From an uncultured Candidatus Saccharibacteria bacterium (GTDB lineage: Bacteria > Patescibacteriota > Saccharimonadia > Saccharimonadales > Saccharimonadaceae): DNA of 32,000 nt. The stretch spans positions 9,962 to 41,961 of the forward strand of contig CAYOSV010000003.1 in NCBI GenBank assembly GCA_964406725.1, in the 5' to 3' direction. The translations under genes were made by a program, and so were the position numbers. The notes beneath the pieces are model-generated. The model ran no database searches and was not told the DNA's origin. It saw only the letters and a list, made by a program, of their open reading frames with translations. This document shows positions 1 through 7,424 of this stretch, piece by piece (within the stretch, counting starts at the first letter, position 1; each line of letters starts with the position of its first letter).

Positions 1-27
1 ATTGTTTTTTAAAAAGGAGGTGGTAAA

Positions 28-657
28 ATGATTGGAAAATTTCCCGATGACAAATACAGGATTAGCCTCGCTATGGAAGAATACGAACGGTATCTTGATG
101 AGCGAGATCGTCGTCTCTACCTTACGTCCCCTATTGATGGCAATGACTATGATTATAATATGTCAATGGGTACGCAGATAGTGGATAGCATTATAGCATT
201 TAACCGCGAGGACAGAGATATTCTTATAGAAGAGCGTAAACCTATTCGCATGTACATTAATTCGCCCGGCGGCGATATTATAGATGGATTTGCAATAGTT
301 GGCGCAATCAAAGTCAGTAAAACCCCAATTTATACCATTAATGTCGGACAATGGAGTTCCATGGCATTTCTAATCGGTATTACCGGCCATAAGCGCTTTT
401 CGCTTCCCGACATGACTTTCTTGATGCATGATGGGCATAGCTATACATTTGGTACTGCTAATAAAGTCATTGACAAAGCCGAGTTTGACAAACGCTATGA
501 AAAAGAAGTTATTAGAGAGCATGTTCTGAAATACGGCAAAATGGCTGCCGAAGAATATGATCGCCGGGTTCGTGAAGAAATTTATATGTTACCAAAAGAC
601 GCTCTTGAATATGGCTTCATTGATGAAATCGTCAAAGATGTTGACGATATTTTGTAA
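28..657 (+). CDS. ClpP-family (peptidase S14) protease subunit, divergent N-terminus
   Basis: SD aaggagg just upstream of the ATG. Motifs YINSPGGDI, GQWSSMAF (Ser), LMHDG (His) and C-terminal ALEYGFIDEIV align with ClpP. The first ~60 aa are atypical. Confidence 0.8.
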   Translation: MIGKFPDDKYRISLAMEEYERYLDERDRRLYLTSPIDGNDYDYNMSMGTQIVDSIIAFNREDRDILIEERKPIRMYINSPGGDIIDGFAIVGAIKVSKTPIYTINVGQWSSMAFLIGITGHKRFSLPDMTFLMHDGHSYTFGTANKVIDKAEFDKRYEKEVIREHVLKYGKMAAEEYDRRVREEIYMLPKDALEYGFIDEIVKDVDDIL

Positions 658-671
658 ATCACCTCCCTTTA

Positions 672-698
672 GGCGGGCTTTTAAAGCCCGCCTTTTTT
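672..698 (+). terminator. Rho-independent terminator after the ClpP-like gene
   Basis: Stem ggcgggctt (672-680) / aagcccgcc (684-692), 3-nt loop, then T6 (693-698). Confidence 0.85.
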
Positions 699-733
699 CT
701 TGTGCCTTTTCTCTTTACTTTTTTCAAAATCTC

Positions 734-742
734 TGATATAAT
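734..742 (+). promoter_or_regulatory. Extended -10 promoter (TGATATAAT) for rpmE2
   Basis: Exact TGATATAAT sits 11 nt before the ATG at 754. A weak -35-like tttact lies 17 nt upstream. No SD, so the leader is very short. Confidence 0.55.
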
Positions 743-753
743 TAGTCCTAATT

Positions 754-1098
754 ATGAGTAAAACAGATTTACATCCTAAAGATTATCGTTTTGTGGTCTT
801 TTCGGACGAAGCCGCTGGTTTTTCGTTCTTGACCAAATCGACCGCAAAGAGCGATGAAACTATCAAATGGGAAGATGGTAACGAATATCCTTTGGTTAAG
901 GTGCAAATATCCTCAGCTTCTCACCCGTTCTTCACTGGCGAAGAAAAGATTATCGATACCGAAGGTCGCGTCGATCGCTTCAAGGCTCGTGCTGCTAAAG
1001 CCGCCAAGCTTCGTGATTCTCTCGGCAACAAAGCCAAGAAAGCCGCTAAAGAATCCGACAAAAAAGAAAAGAAAGCCGCAGCCGCAATCGAAAAATAA
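754..1098 (+). CDS. rpmE2: 50S ribosomal protein L31 type B with Lys/Ala-rich C-terminal tail
   Basis: [12 protein letters not shown]...[28 protein letters not shown]...GRVDRF matches L31. The absence of Cys residues indicates the zinc-free type B. There is a ~35-aa KA-rich extension. Confidence 0.9.
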   Translation: MSKTDLHPKDYRFVVFSDEAAGFSFLTKSTAKSDETIKWEDGNEYPLVKVQISSASHPFFTGEEKIIDTEGRVDRFKARAAKAAKLRDSLGNKAKKAAKESDKKEKKAAAAIEK

Positions 1099-1103
1099 TA
1101 ATC

Positions 1104-1142
1104 AAAAATGAATCGAAAGCCAACTTCGATTCATTTTTTTTC
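1104..1142 (+). terminator. Rho-independent terminator, potentially bidirectional
   Basis: Stem atgaatcgaa (1108-1117) / ttcgattcat (1125-1134), preceded by an A-run and followed by T8. Confidence 0.8.
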
Positions 1143-1159
1143 TTGAATAAGGGAGGGAT

Positions 1160-1259
1160 ATCGTATTCGGTATCCTCGCAGTTTGCGATATCGAATACGA
1201 TTCTTCCTTTGATCACGGAGTGTAGCTACATAGGATAACACACTAACCCTATGTAGCTA
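1160..1259. repeat. Two hairpin-forming inverted repeats in a convergent intergenic region
   Basis: atcgtattcg (1160-1169) / cgaatacgat (1192-1201), and tagctacatagg (1223-1234) / cctatgtagcta (1248-1259). The second lies 8 nt past the stop of the minus-strand gene. Neither has a U-tract. Confidence 0.6.
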
Positions 1260-1266
1260 TTTGAGA

Positions 1267-2691
1267 TTAACGGTTGTTCTTCCGATTTCTCTTTACAATC
1301 CAAAACGCTACTGTACCTATCACCACGAATACAACCAAACCAGTAATCAAGTAATCTTCTCTAGTCATATTAAGTCCTTGGAAGAAGCTACCAGTATCTG
1401 GAACAACGATCGATTGCTCATAATAGTGAATTATAATCGGTTTGCTATCCCCTACCAATTTGCCCTCAGCGTTCCTATACATAATTAGACCTGTATAGTC
1501 TCCATATGCCAAACCTTCCATAGGAATAACCATATTGTCATCGGAGTAAGCATTGTCAAGGGTGAACAGCAAATTCTCATCTGCATCGTAAACGCTTACT
1601 TTTCCAGTTGCACGATCTGCTCTTACTATTCTAACTAAATTTCCATTAGGCCCATAAATATAAATCTCTACAGTGGTTACGGTATCTACTTTCTGTACTA
1701 TATCTACATCCATTTGACCATCTTCGGTTTTTGTAATAGTCTGAGTGGTGGTAGCGATTTTTTCGTCATCAGAATTGTAGTAGTCGGTGATAATTGTATA
1801 TACACCCGATGGCAAATCGGTAAGGTCGATCGGCACAGTGGTCCCTGGTGTTGGATTTGGGAAGGTTTGGGGGGGTATCACTACATCACCATTACTATTT
1901 TTTACAGTAATTATCACATGATCAATTTCCTGGCCCTGATCTTCAATCTCTACCGGAGTATTATAACCGTCCCCGATGACAATCGTAGTAGTCTTTATAT
2001 CGGTGATGTTGCCATTCTTATCTCTAGTAATCGTCTCCATCGTATAAATACCATCATAAATAGGATCAGGTGGAGCCATCAAATCAAGACTTTCCACGGC
2101 ACTTGGGTCAGTAAAGTTATAATGTTTGACCAATGCACCAGTGTCGTCATAAATATTTATTTCTACGGTTTTCGTAACCGCTTCTGGCACATCTGGATCC
2201 ACCGTAGGTTTATCATCTTCTGGTTCAATTGGTGCCGGCGCCACATCTTGATAACTCACTGTTATGATTTTTTCTACCGGTACCCCATCTCTATTGGTAC
2301 CAGTAACAGTAATGGTAAAATCACCTTTCCCGTTGTAATTGTCAAGGTTTAGATTTACCGTTTTTTCTCCTGGGCTAGTAACAGCCTCATCAAAGAGGTC
2401 TTCTTCCCAAGTCACTGTCCCATCCGCATTGCGGTTTACCAAAGTGGCTTTTAAATTTGAAACATTATTGTAGGATACAGTAAAACTGTAGTCCGGACTA
2501 GTGACTACACTGCCACTAGTTGATGTAACGCTTACCTCTGGATCAGCAGAGAGCACTTGCACCTGAAGCTGATCAGATGTCGAAGATAGCGCATAGGCTC
2601 CTGGCACTTGCGTAGTCGCCGCAAAAGTAGTTACTGCAGCTACTAAGCCAAGTCCCGTAAAGCCGAGTATTTTTTTGTGTGTTTTTTTCAT
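1267..2691 (-). CDS. Secreted repeat-rich surface protein with a sortase-type C-terminal sorting signal (VPDTG, hydrophobic segment, KRNRKNNR)
   Basis: N-terminal signal peptide (MKKTHKKILGFTGLGLVAAVTTFAATTQVPGAYA). Recurring beta-rich segments (TVEINIYDDTGALV / TVEIYIYGPNGNLV). C-terminus has VPDTG, then a TM helix, then a basic tail. SD ggag upstream. Confidence 0.7.
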   Translation of the reverse strand: MKKTHKKILGFTGLGLVAAVTTFAATTQVPGAYALSSTSDQLQVQVLSADPEVSVTSTSGSVVTSPDYSFTVSYNNVSNLKATLVNRNADGTVTWEEDLFDEAVTSPGEKTVNLNLDNYNGKGDFTITVTGTNRDGVPVEKIITVSYQDVAPAPIEPEDDKPTVDPDVPEAVTKTVEINIYDDTGALVKHYNFTDPSAVESLDLMAPPDPIYDGIYTMETITRDKNGNITDIKTTTIVIGDGYNTPVEIEDQGQEIDHVIITVKNSNGDVVIPPQTFPNPTPGTTVPIDLTDLPSGVYTIITDYYNSDDEKIATTTQTITKTEDGQMDVDIVQKVDTVTTVEIYIYGPNGNLVRIVRADRATGKVSVYDADENLLFTLDNAYSDDNMVIPMEGLAYGDYTGLIMYRNAEGKLVGDSKPIIIHYYEQSIVVPDTGSFFQGLNMTREDYLITGLVVFVVIGTVAFWIVKRNRKNNR

Positions 2692-2772
2692 AACACTCCA
2701 ACTTTCCTTTTTATTTTTATGTTAATATTTTTGTTTTGGTTTCGCAAATCCCTAAATTTCAGGGAAATCGGC

Positions 2773-3783
2773 CTAAACCATGAATTTGGACCGACGCTCT
2801 TTGCGCTTCCTAACTACGATTGTAATCCATATAATTACTATTGTCAATAGCAAAAGCACAATAATTATCACCGCTATTGGCATAATAATTACAAATTTAG
2901 TGATAGTCTCACCCGGCTGATCATTAGCAAAAACCGTCCATTCTACATTAAACATTCCAAAGAAAGGCGTGTCCTTCCAGCTATCGGATACGGAAAGCTC
3001 TGTATCAGGGATAATCGATATGCGCGCAGCTGTAGAATTAGCCGGCGTCTCGTAATATACATTTCCAAAAATACCCGTTACTTTCATCTTGCCAGTAGCC
3101 ATAAAATCCACATTCCCAGTGTTTTTTACTTTTCCAACCGCATTAATAAGGGTTTTTTCTTCCCCATCCACTGTCATATTGTTATTGATGGCAAGACCAG
3201 AAATCTCGCTGGCGACAATCGTCTCCCCAGCAGCTCGCCCATAGACTACTAGACCTGGACTAGCTTCGGTTTTGATCCCGCTAGAATCTACCGTCCCAGA
3301 AAGCGTGTGTGCAAACAGCACGGCATATTGACCACCAGCCGGTATGCTTTCAGGTGTAGTGATACGGTACATCACCTCTACGTCACTTTTTGGCGCCGCT
3401 GTAAAAGTGGTCTTTTCTACGTAATTACCGCTAGCGTCTTTAAAAGTAATCCATCTGGTAATCTGGGTGAAATTATTTTCCTTGTTGAAGCCAAGCCTAT
3501 AGGCGTCTTCATTCTCGGAATAGATGTAGGCATATGGTGCAGCATAGACTTCAAACTCCATTGGAGAATTACTGTTGTTGCTTACTTTAAATACTGCATC
3601 GTAAGTAGAGCTTGGCGACAATTGCAAAACTTCACTAACGGGACTAATGCTAATGCTGGTGGCCGCATCTGAAGCTCCCGTATCTTCTGATTCGTCTGCG
3701 TAGGTATTGCCACCAAACAATACCACACATGCTACCGCAGTAGTCAGCACCAGCATTGAAATTTTTTTAATTAAACTCCTCAT
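2773..3783 (-). CDS. Secreted cell-surface protein with C-terminal TM anchor (architecture resembles DUF916/DUF3324 proteins of WxL-type loci)
   Basis: Signal peptide, then two beta-rich domains, then a C-terminal helix IAVIIIVLLLLTIVIIWITIVV followed by RKRKERR. SD aaggagg upstream. The family call is by architecture only. Confidence 0.6.
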   Translation of the reverse strand: MRSLIKKISMLVLTTAVACVVLFGGNTYADESEDTGASDAATSISISPVSEVLQLSPSSTYDAVFKVSNNSNSPMEFEVYAAPYAYIYSENEDAYRLGFNKENNFTQITRWITFKDASGNYVEKTTFTAAPKSDVEVMYRITTPESIPAGGQYAVLFAHTLSGTVDSSGIKTEASPGLVVYGRAAGETIVASEISGLAINNNMTVDGEEKTLINAVGKVKNTGNVDFMATGKMKVTGIFGNVYYETPANSTAARISIIPDTELSVSDSWKDTPFFGMFNVEWTVFANDQPGETITKFVIIMPIAVIIIVLLLLTIVIIWITIVVRKRKERRSKFMV

Positions 3784-3803
3784 CTACCTCCTTGTTTCAC
3801 TCT

Positions 3804-3812
3804 ATTATAGCA
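3804..3812 (-). promoter_or_regulatory. Extended -10 promoter (TGCTATAAT on minus strand) for the surface-protein genes
   Basis: Reverse complement of attatagca is tgctataat. It lies about 20 nt upstream of SD aaggagg and the ATG at 3783. Confidence 0.55.
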
Positions 3813-3829
3813 CATAATTTAAAAAAGTG

Positions 3830-3838
3830 TGATATAAT
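3830..3838 (+). promoter_or_regulatory. Extended -10 promoter (TGATATAAT) for tRNA-Leu
   Basis: Exact TGATATAAT ends 10 nt before tRNA position 1 (3849). Confidence 0.65.
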
Positions 3839-3848
3839 ATAAATACAA

Positions 3849-3939
3849 GCGCGCGTGGTGGAATTGGTAGACACGCTACCTTGAGGTGGTAGTGGCCACA
3901 TTTACGGCTGTGCTGGTTCAAGTCCAGTCGCGCGCACCA
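3849..3939 (+). tRNA. tRNA-Leu (anticodon GAG), class II long variable arm, CCA encoded
   Basis: Acceptor gcgcgcg/cgcgcgc. D-arm gtgg-aattggtaga-cac. Anticodon stem ctacc/ggtag with loop ttGAGgt. 20-nt variable arm. T-arm gctgg-ttcaagt-ccagt. Discriminator A plus CCA. Confidence 0.93.
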
Positions 3940-4283
3940 GACCGAAATTCTTCGGTTGAAGCATTGCTAAATATGTGCTTTAGAGGTTTCTTCCATCTGA
4001 AAGAGACCTCATTTTTGTTGTTGATTTCTAGGTTCGTAAGCATATTTCTGGCCAACTGGTCTTTTTGCCAGGAATCGCCAGATTTCATCTTGTCACCGAT
4101 GGAATCCAGCTGGTTCGTAAGCTCATCCAGAATTTCGCGAACTTGGTCTGGATCGAAGATTTTAGCCTCAATCTCATCACGCTCAGTTTGCAAAGTTGCT
4201 ATATCGTTCCGGCATTCTTCAAGCTGTTCACCCACCATCTGTTTAGCCTCTTTTGGCGCATCTTTGCCTAAATGTCTGTTCCA
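3918..4283 (-). pseudogene. Start-less remnant of a coiled-coil protein (possibly the C-terminal part of a recombinase) running into the tRNA 3' end
   Basis: The frame is open from 4283 with its only Met at 4238 and no RBS. It has a heptad-like acidic coiled coil, then LEINNKNEVSFRWKK. The last ~7 codons are encoded by the tRNA 3' end, and a small hairpin (3941-3956) also lies inside it. Confidence 0.3.
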
Positions 4284-4297
4284 TTATTTCTTTTATT

Positions 4298-5869
4298 CTA
4301 TTTTCCATCCTTTTTCTCCACTATGTAATTATTATTATACTTCAACGGTTTAGTTAGCGTGTATTTGAAACGCTGAACCTCACGAGAATGATTTGGAACT
4401 TTTCGAAATCCATTATCACTATAGAATGTTTTAGTCTGCTCGTTCTTTTTGCTATCTATATACTCACCTATGACCGTTTTGACCCCTAATGTCTTTAGTT
4501 CATTTAATACGATTTTTAGAAATTCTCGCTCAATTTTTCGGCCTAATATTCTGCAACTCATTAAAAATGTATCTATAGTCGCTTCTTTTTTGTTTTTTCT
4601 AACTATTGCAACTCCGGTAAGGCCAAGATCTCCGAATTTATCACTTACTTTTATTGCTATTATTAGCGCGTCAGTCATATTAGCTAATTCGGTTTTACCG
4701 TAACGCCTAGTTGTTAAATTGAACTGATTCGTTTTATTGATCAGCTGAGCGATTCTGTCGCTATTATTGTCGTTTATGGTCTCGTAGGCTATTTTGATTT
4801 TCAATTTTTTTATAAACTCATCCTCGTTTTCGACTCTTCTTCTCAACTCTTCACTTTCCGTTTTATGTTTATAGTAAATATTTTTATTTACGTCGTCTTC
4901 TGTTAGTAGATATGTTCCGAAATATCTATAAAAATCTTTGGCGAAATGTCCAACCATTTTATAGGGTGAATCTGGGAAGTCTAAGACTGTAACTCCATCC
5001 AATGCTTTTACGTTTTCTCTTTCTACTGGGCTATCATCTATAAAAACAATGCTATCTAAACCGATATTCAGTTCATCAGCTAATTCAGAAATATTAAGTC
5101 TTTTCTCTGACCAATTTATCTTTTTAGCAGCAAAATCATCCAGAGACAATACTAAATCATCTCTTTTTTTGAAACACAGAGCTACATCATCATAGTTATT
5201 TTTGCTGCAAATCCCTAGCAGAATACCTTGATTTTTTAGCTCTAAAACCATTTGTTGAAAACTATGGAAACAATTGCCTGGATAGGAGCCGCTGATTTGT
5301 AAATTTGCCAATCCGTCTTCACCCAGAATACCACCCCACAAAGTATTATCTAAATCTAGGATTAGGCATTTTTTTCGAGTTCCTCGAAACAGCGCCATCT
5401 TATCTAAAATAAAACGCCGAAAATCTTTCGCAAGAGACGGGTTTATTATTGCATTATATAAGTAATAATACTTTGGGTTAAATACGTCGTTATGATTATT
5501 ATAAAATGGCGCTATATCTATAACTCTGACATTTTTCTGGCTATATAGATATTCATTATATGAGTTAATAGCTTTCTCTAATTCATTATTTCCGAAAACG
5601 AATGATTCGTAAAAATAATTATGTAGGGTGATTGCAAATATTGTCCTATTTGGATAATTGTTTATGATGTATTTCGCTCGTTCAAAATAGCTATTAATCG
5701 TCGACACTAAATCTTTAATAGAATAATCATATGGTAGCATATAGAAAATCATTATATCTGTGTCGTCGTTCAATAGTTTAATATCACCATATGCGCTATA
5801 CGATATAGTTTCTACGTCTTTGAATAAGTATTCAATTGCGGTATCACGATAACAGTAAATCTTTTTCAT
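4298..5869 (-). CDS. FkbH-like HAD-IIIC family protein (putative glyceryl-ACP forming enzyme) with C-terminal GNAT-like region
   Basis: Signature CLILDLDNTLWGGILGEDG (DxDxT HAD motif I), ICSKN, FIDDSP, and the C-terminal FLMSCRILGRKIEREFL typical of FkbH-domain proteins. Confidence 0.8.
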   Translation of the reverse strand: MKKIYCYRDTAIEYLFKDVETISYSAYGDIKLLNDDTDIMIFYMLPYDYSIKDLVSTINSYFERAKYIINNYPNRTIFAITLHNYFYESFVFGNNELEKAINSYNEYLYSQKNVRVIDIAPFYNNHNDVFNPKYYYLYNAIINPSLAKDFRRFILDKMALFRGTRKKCLILDLDNTLWGGILGEDGLANLQISGSYPGNCFHSFQQMVLELKNQGILLGICSKNNYDDVALCFKKRDDLVLSLDDFAAKKINWSEKRLNISELADELNIGLDSIVFIDDSPVERENVKALDGVTVLDFPDSPYKMVGHFAKDFYRYFGTYLLTEDDVNKNIYYKHKTESEELRRRVENEDEFIKKLKIKIAYETINDNNSDRIAQLINKTNQFNLTTRRYGKTELANMTDALIIAIKVSDKFGDLGLTGVAIVRKNKKEATIDTFLMSCRILGRKIEREFLKIVLNELKTLGVKTVIGEYIDSKKNEQTKTFYSDNGFRKVPNHSREVQRFKYTLTKPLKYNNNYIVEKKDGK

Positions 5870-6285
5870 ATTTCCTCCATTAATTCTATTAGTTTACCGC
5901 TCTTGTACATAAAGCATATCTTGCCATTGAACAATTTAGCTATTTCAATATTAGTGATTAAAGAATAGCCATCTTTTTTGAATACCTTAATGGTGCGATC
6001 AAGATTGTTTATTTTAAAACAGGTGTGGTATTCTTTCTTATAGTTGTTGTGTGACAAATTGAAAACTCGCGATTCTGGATTATCTGTATATATTAGCTCT
6101 ATGCTGTTTTGATTATCCTTACTAAGTAACCGCAACTTAGCCTTTTGCCCGGAGTCATAGACCTCGTTTGTAATTTGATAACCATCCCGCAGATATTCGT
6201 CCGTTAATTCATCTAAATTATTGGTGGCAACCCCTATGTGATGAATTACTAGCCCATTAACGACTCGGCAATTTTGACTTTTCAT
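5866..6285 (-). CDS. VOC/glyoxalase-family protein (methylmalonyl-CoA-epimerase-like fold)
   Basis: N-terminal LVIHHIGVATNNLDE resembles the VOC metal-binding beta-strand motif. Size is 139 aa. 4-nt ATGA coupling on both sides. Confidence 0.55.
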   Translation of the reverse strand: MKSQNCRVVNGLVIHHIGVATNNLDELTDEYLRDGYQITNEVYDSGQKAKLRLLSKDNQNSIELIYTDNPESRVFNLSHNNYKKEYHTCFKINNLDRTIKVFKKDGYSLITNIEIAKLFNGKICFMYKSGKLIELMEEI

Positions 6286-7424
6286 GCTAGCCTCTCTATC
6301 TTTTTTATGAGAGACTTCATATATTCTTCAGTGAATTGATCTCCGTAGTAACCTATACTGATATTTGTCTTATGGGAACATTCTACTATAACTATCGAAA
6401 ATGCACCTAGAGGTTGTTGTATTGATAAGTCTACAAAATCTTTAACTTTAAAATATTTATTGGAATATTCATTTAAATCTATTCTGCCTAAATGCGATAT
6501 GACGGCGCCGACGGAAAATTTATTGTAGTGTCGGTTTGCCATGCATCCAATTTTTATGCCCGTCTTTCGCAACAAACTTGGCATACGACAATAATAATTG
6601 TTCAAAGTATTGCTGATGTTTAACTCTTTGCTGTTCTTCAAACTATACAACAGCTCACCATTAATCTTGGTATAACTATCGCTCTTATCTACATCTAGAA
6701 AAACTGGCAAGGTCAGATTGCCTATATATGGATTGTTGCCGTCGTAACGTCTTAAATCTACAGGCACCATTACTCTTATCCGGTCGCTTTCAAATTCCCG
6801 AGCTAAAAGGCACGAAAGTTTGGCTATAATACCCGAAACATACTTGTCTAATTGTACGACTTGCCACCTTGTCGTGTATTGTTTGATAACCGACGCTTCG
6901 TCATGGATAATTCGGGGTAATTTTGGTTCTTTCTTCTTGTAGTAGTCTAGTTTCTTTAAGAAATCTTTCTCGGAGATAGCTTTTTTGCATTTTAGTGGCT
7001 TTTTTCCGCCTAGTAGATTTACAATGTTTTGCATAAAAAGAAGGGCACTCTTTCCATCCATTGCCGAATGGGCGAATCGAAACACTAAATAATCGCTCTT
7101 GGGCGCCTTCACGAGATAGACTTCCATTGAGTGGCTAATTAAATCTATTTTTTGATTAAATAAATCTAGACTATAGACAATAGAATCTTTGATTTTAATA
7201 TCTTGGATACTGATTGGATGCTGCTGTGGATAAAATTTACCCCTTCTTAGATAGACATTAAATTCTGGGCATTCTTTTATTACTCGCCTAATTACACATT
7301 CAATTATATCTTTATTTTTAATGCTGCTAGTTTTTAGAATGAACTGTATTGCATATGCATTGGTTGCGCTCTGTACATCCTCATATAATTGCTCTATATT
7401 TGTGATTTTTCGAATTGGTTTCAC
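6282..7424 (-). CDS. Stand-alone condensation-domain-type acyltransferase (HxxxDG; PapA5/WS-DGAT/NRPS C-domain superfamily)
   Basis: FRFAHSAMDGKSAL carries the HxxxDG catalytic motif at about residue 120. Downstream VDLRR and GNLT segments resemble C-domain motifs. 380 aa. Confidence 0.6.
   Translation of the reverse strand: MKPIRKITNIEQLYEDVQSATNAYAIQFILKTSSIKNKDIIECVIRRVIKECPEFNVYLRRGKFYPQQHPISIQDIKIKDSIVYSLDLFNQKIDLISHSMEVYLVKAPKSDYLVFRFAHSAMDGKSALLFMQNIVNLLGGKKPLKCKKAISEKDFLKKLDYYKKKEPKLPRIIHDEASVIKQYTTRWQVVQLDKYVSGIIAKLSCLLAREFESDRIRVMVPVDLRRYDGNNPYIGNLTLPVFLDVDKSDSYTKINGELLYSLKNSKELNISNTLNNYYCRMPSLLRKTGIKIGCMANRHYNKFSVGAVISHLGRIDLNEYSNKYFKVKDFVDLSIQQPLGAFSIVIVECSHKTNISIGYYGDQFTEEYMKSLIKKIERLA

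Noticed and set aside
28-657. Altered catalytic triad in the ClpP-like protein (Glu in place of the triad Asp, REEIYM versus RDxF)
   Set aside because: The assignment depends on a hand alignment with an indel nearby. It cannot be asserted without a proper alignment or structure model.
1714-2352. Long antisense ORFs (this one, and also 3886-4353 +, 9001-9465 +, 19169-19768 +, 23032-23379 -, 30072-30479 -)
   Set aside because: They lie fully inside better-supported genes on the opposite strand, or across the tRNA. They have low-complexity or hydrophobic shadow-frame composition and lack RBS signals.
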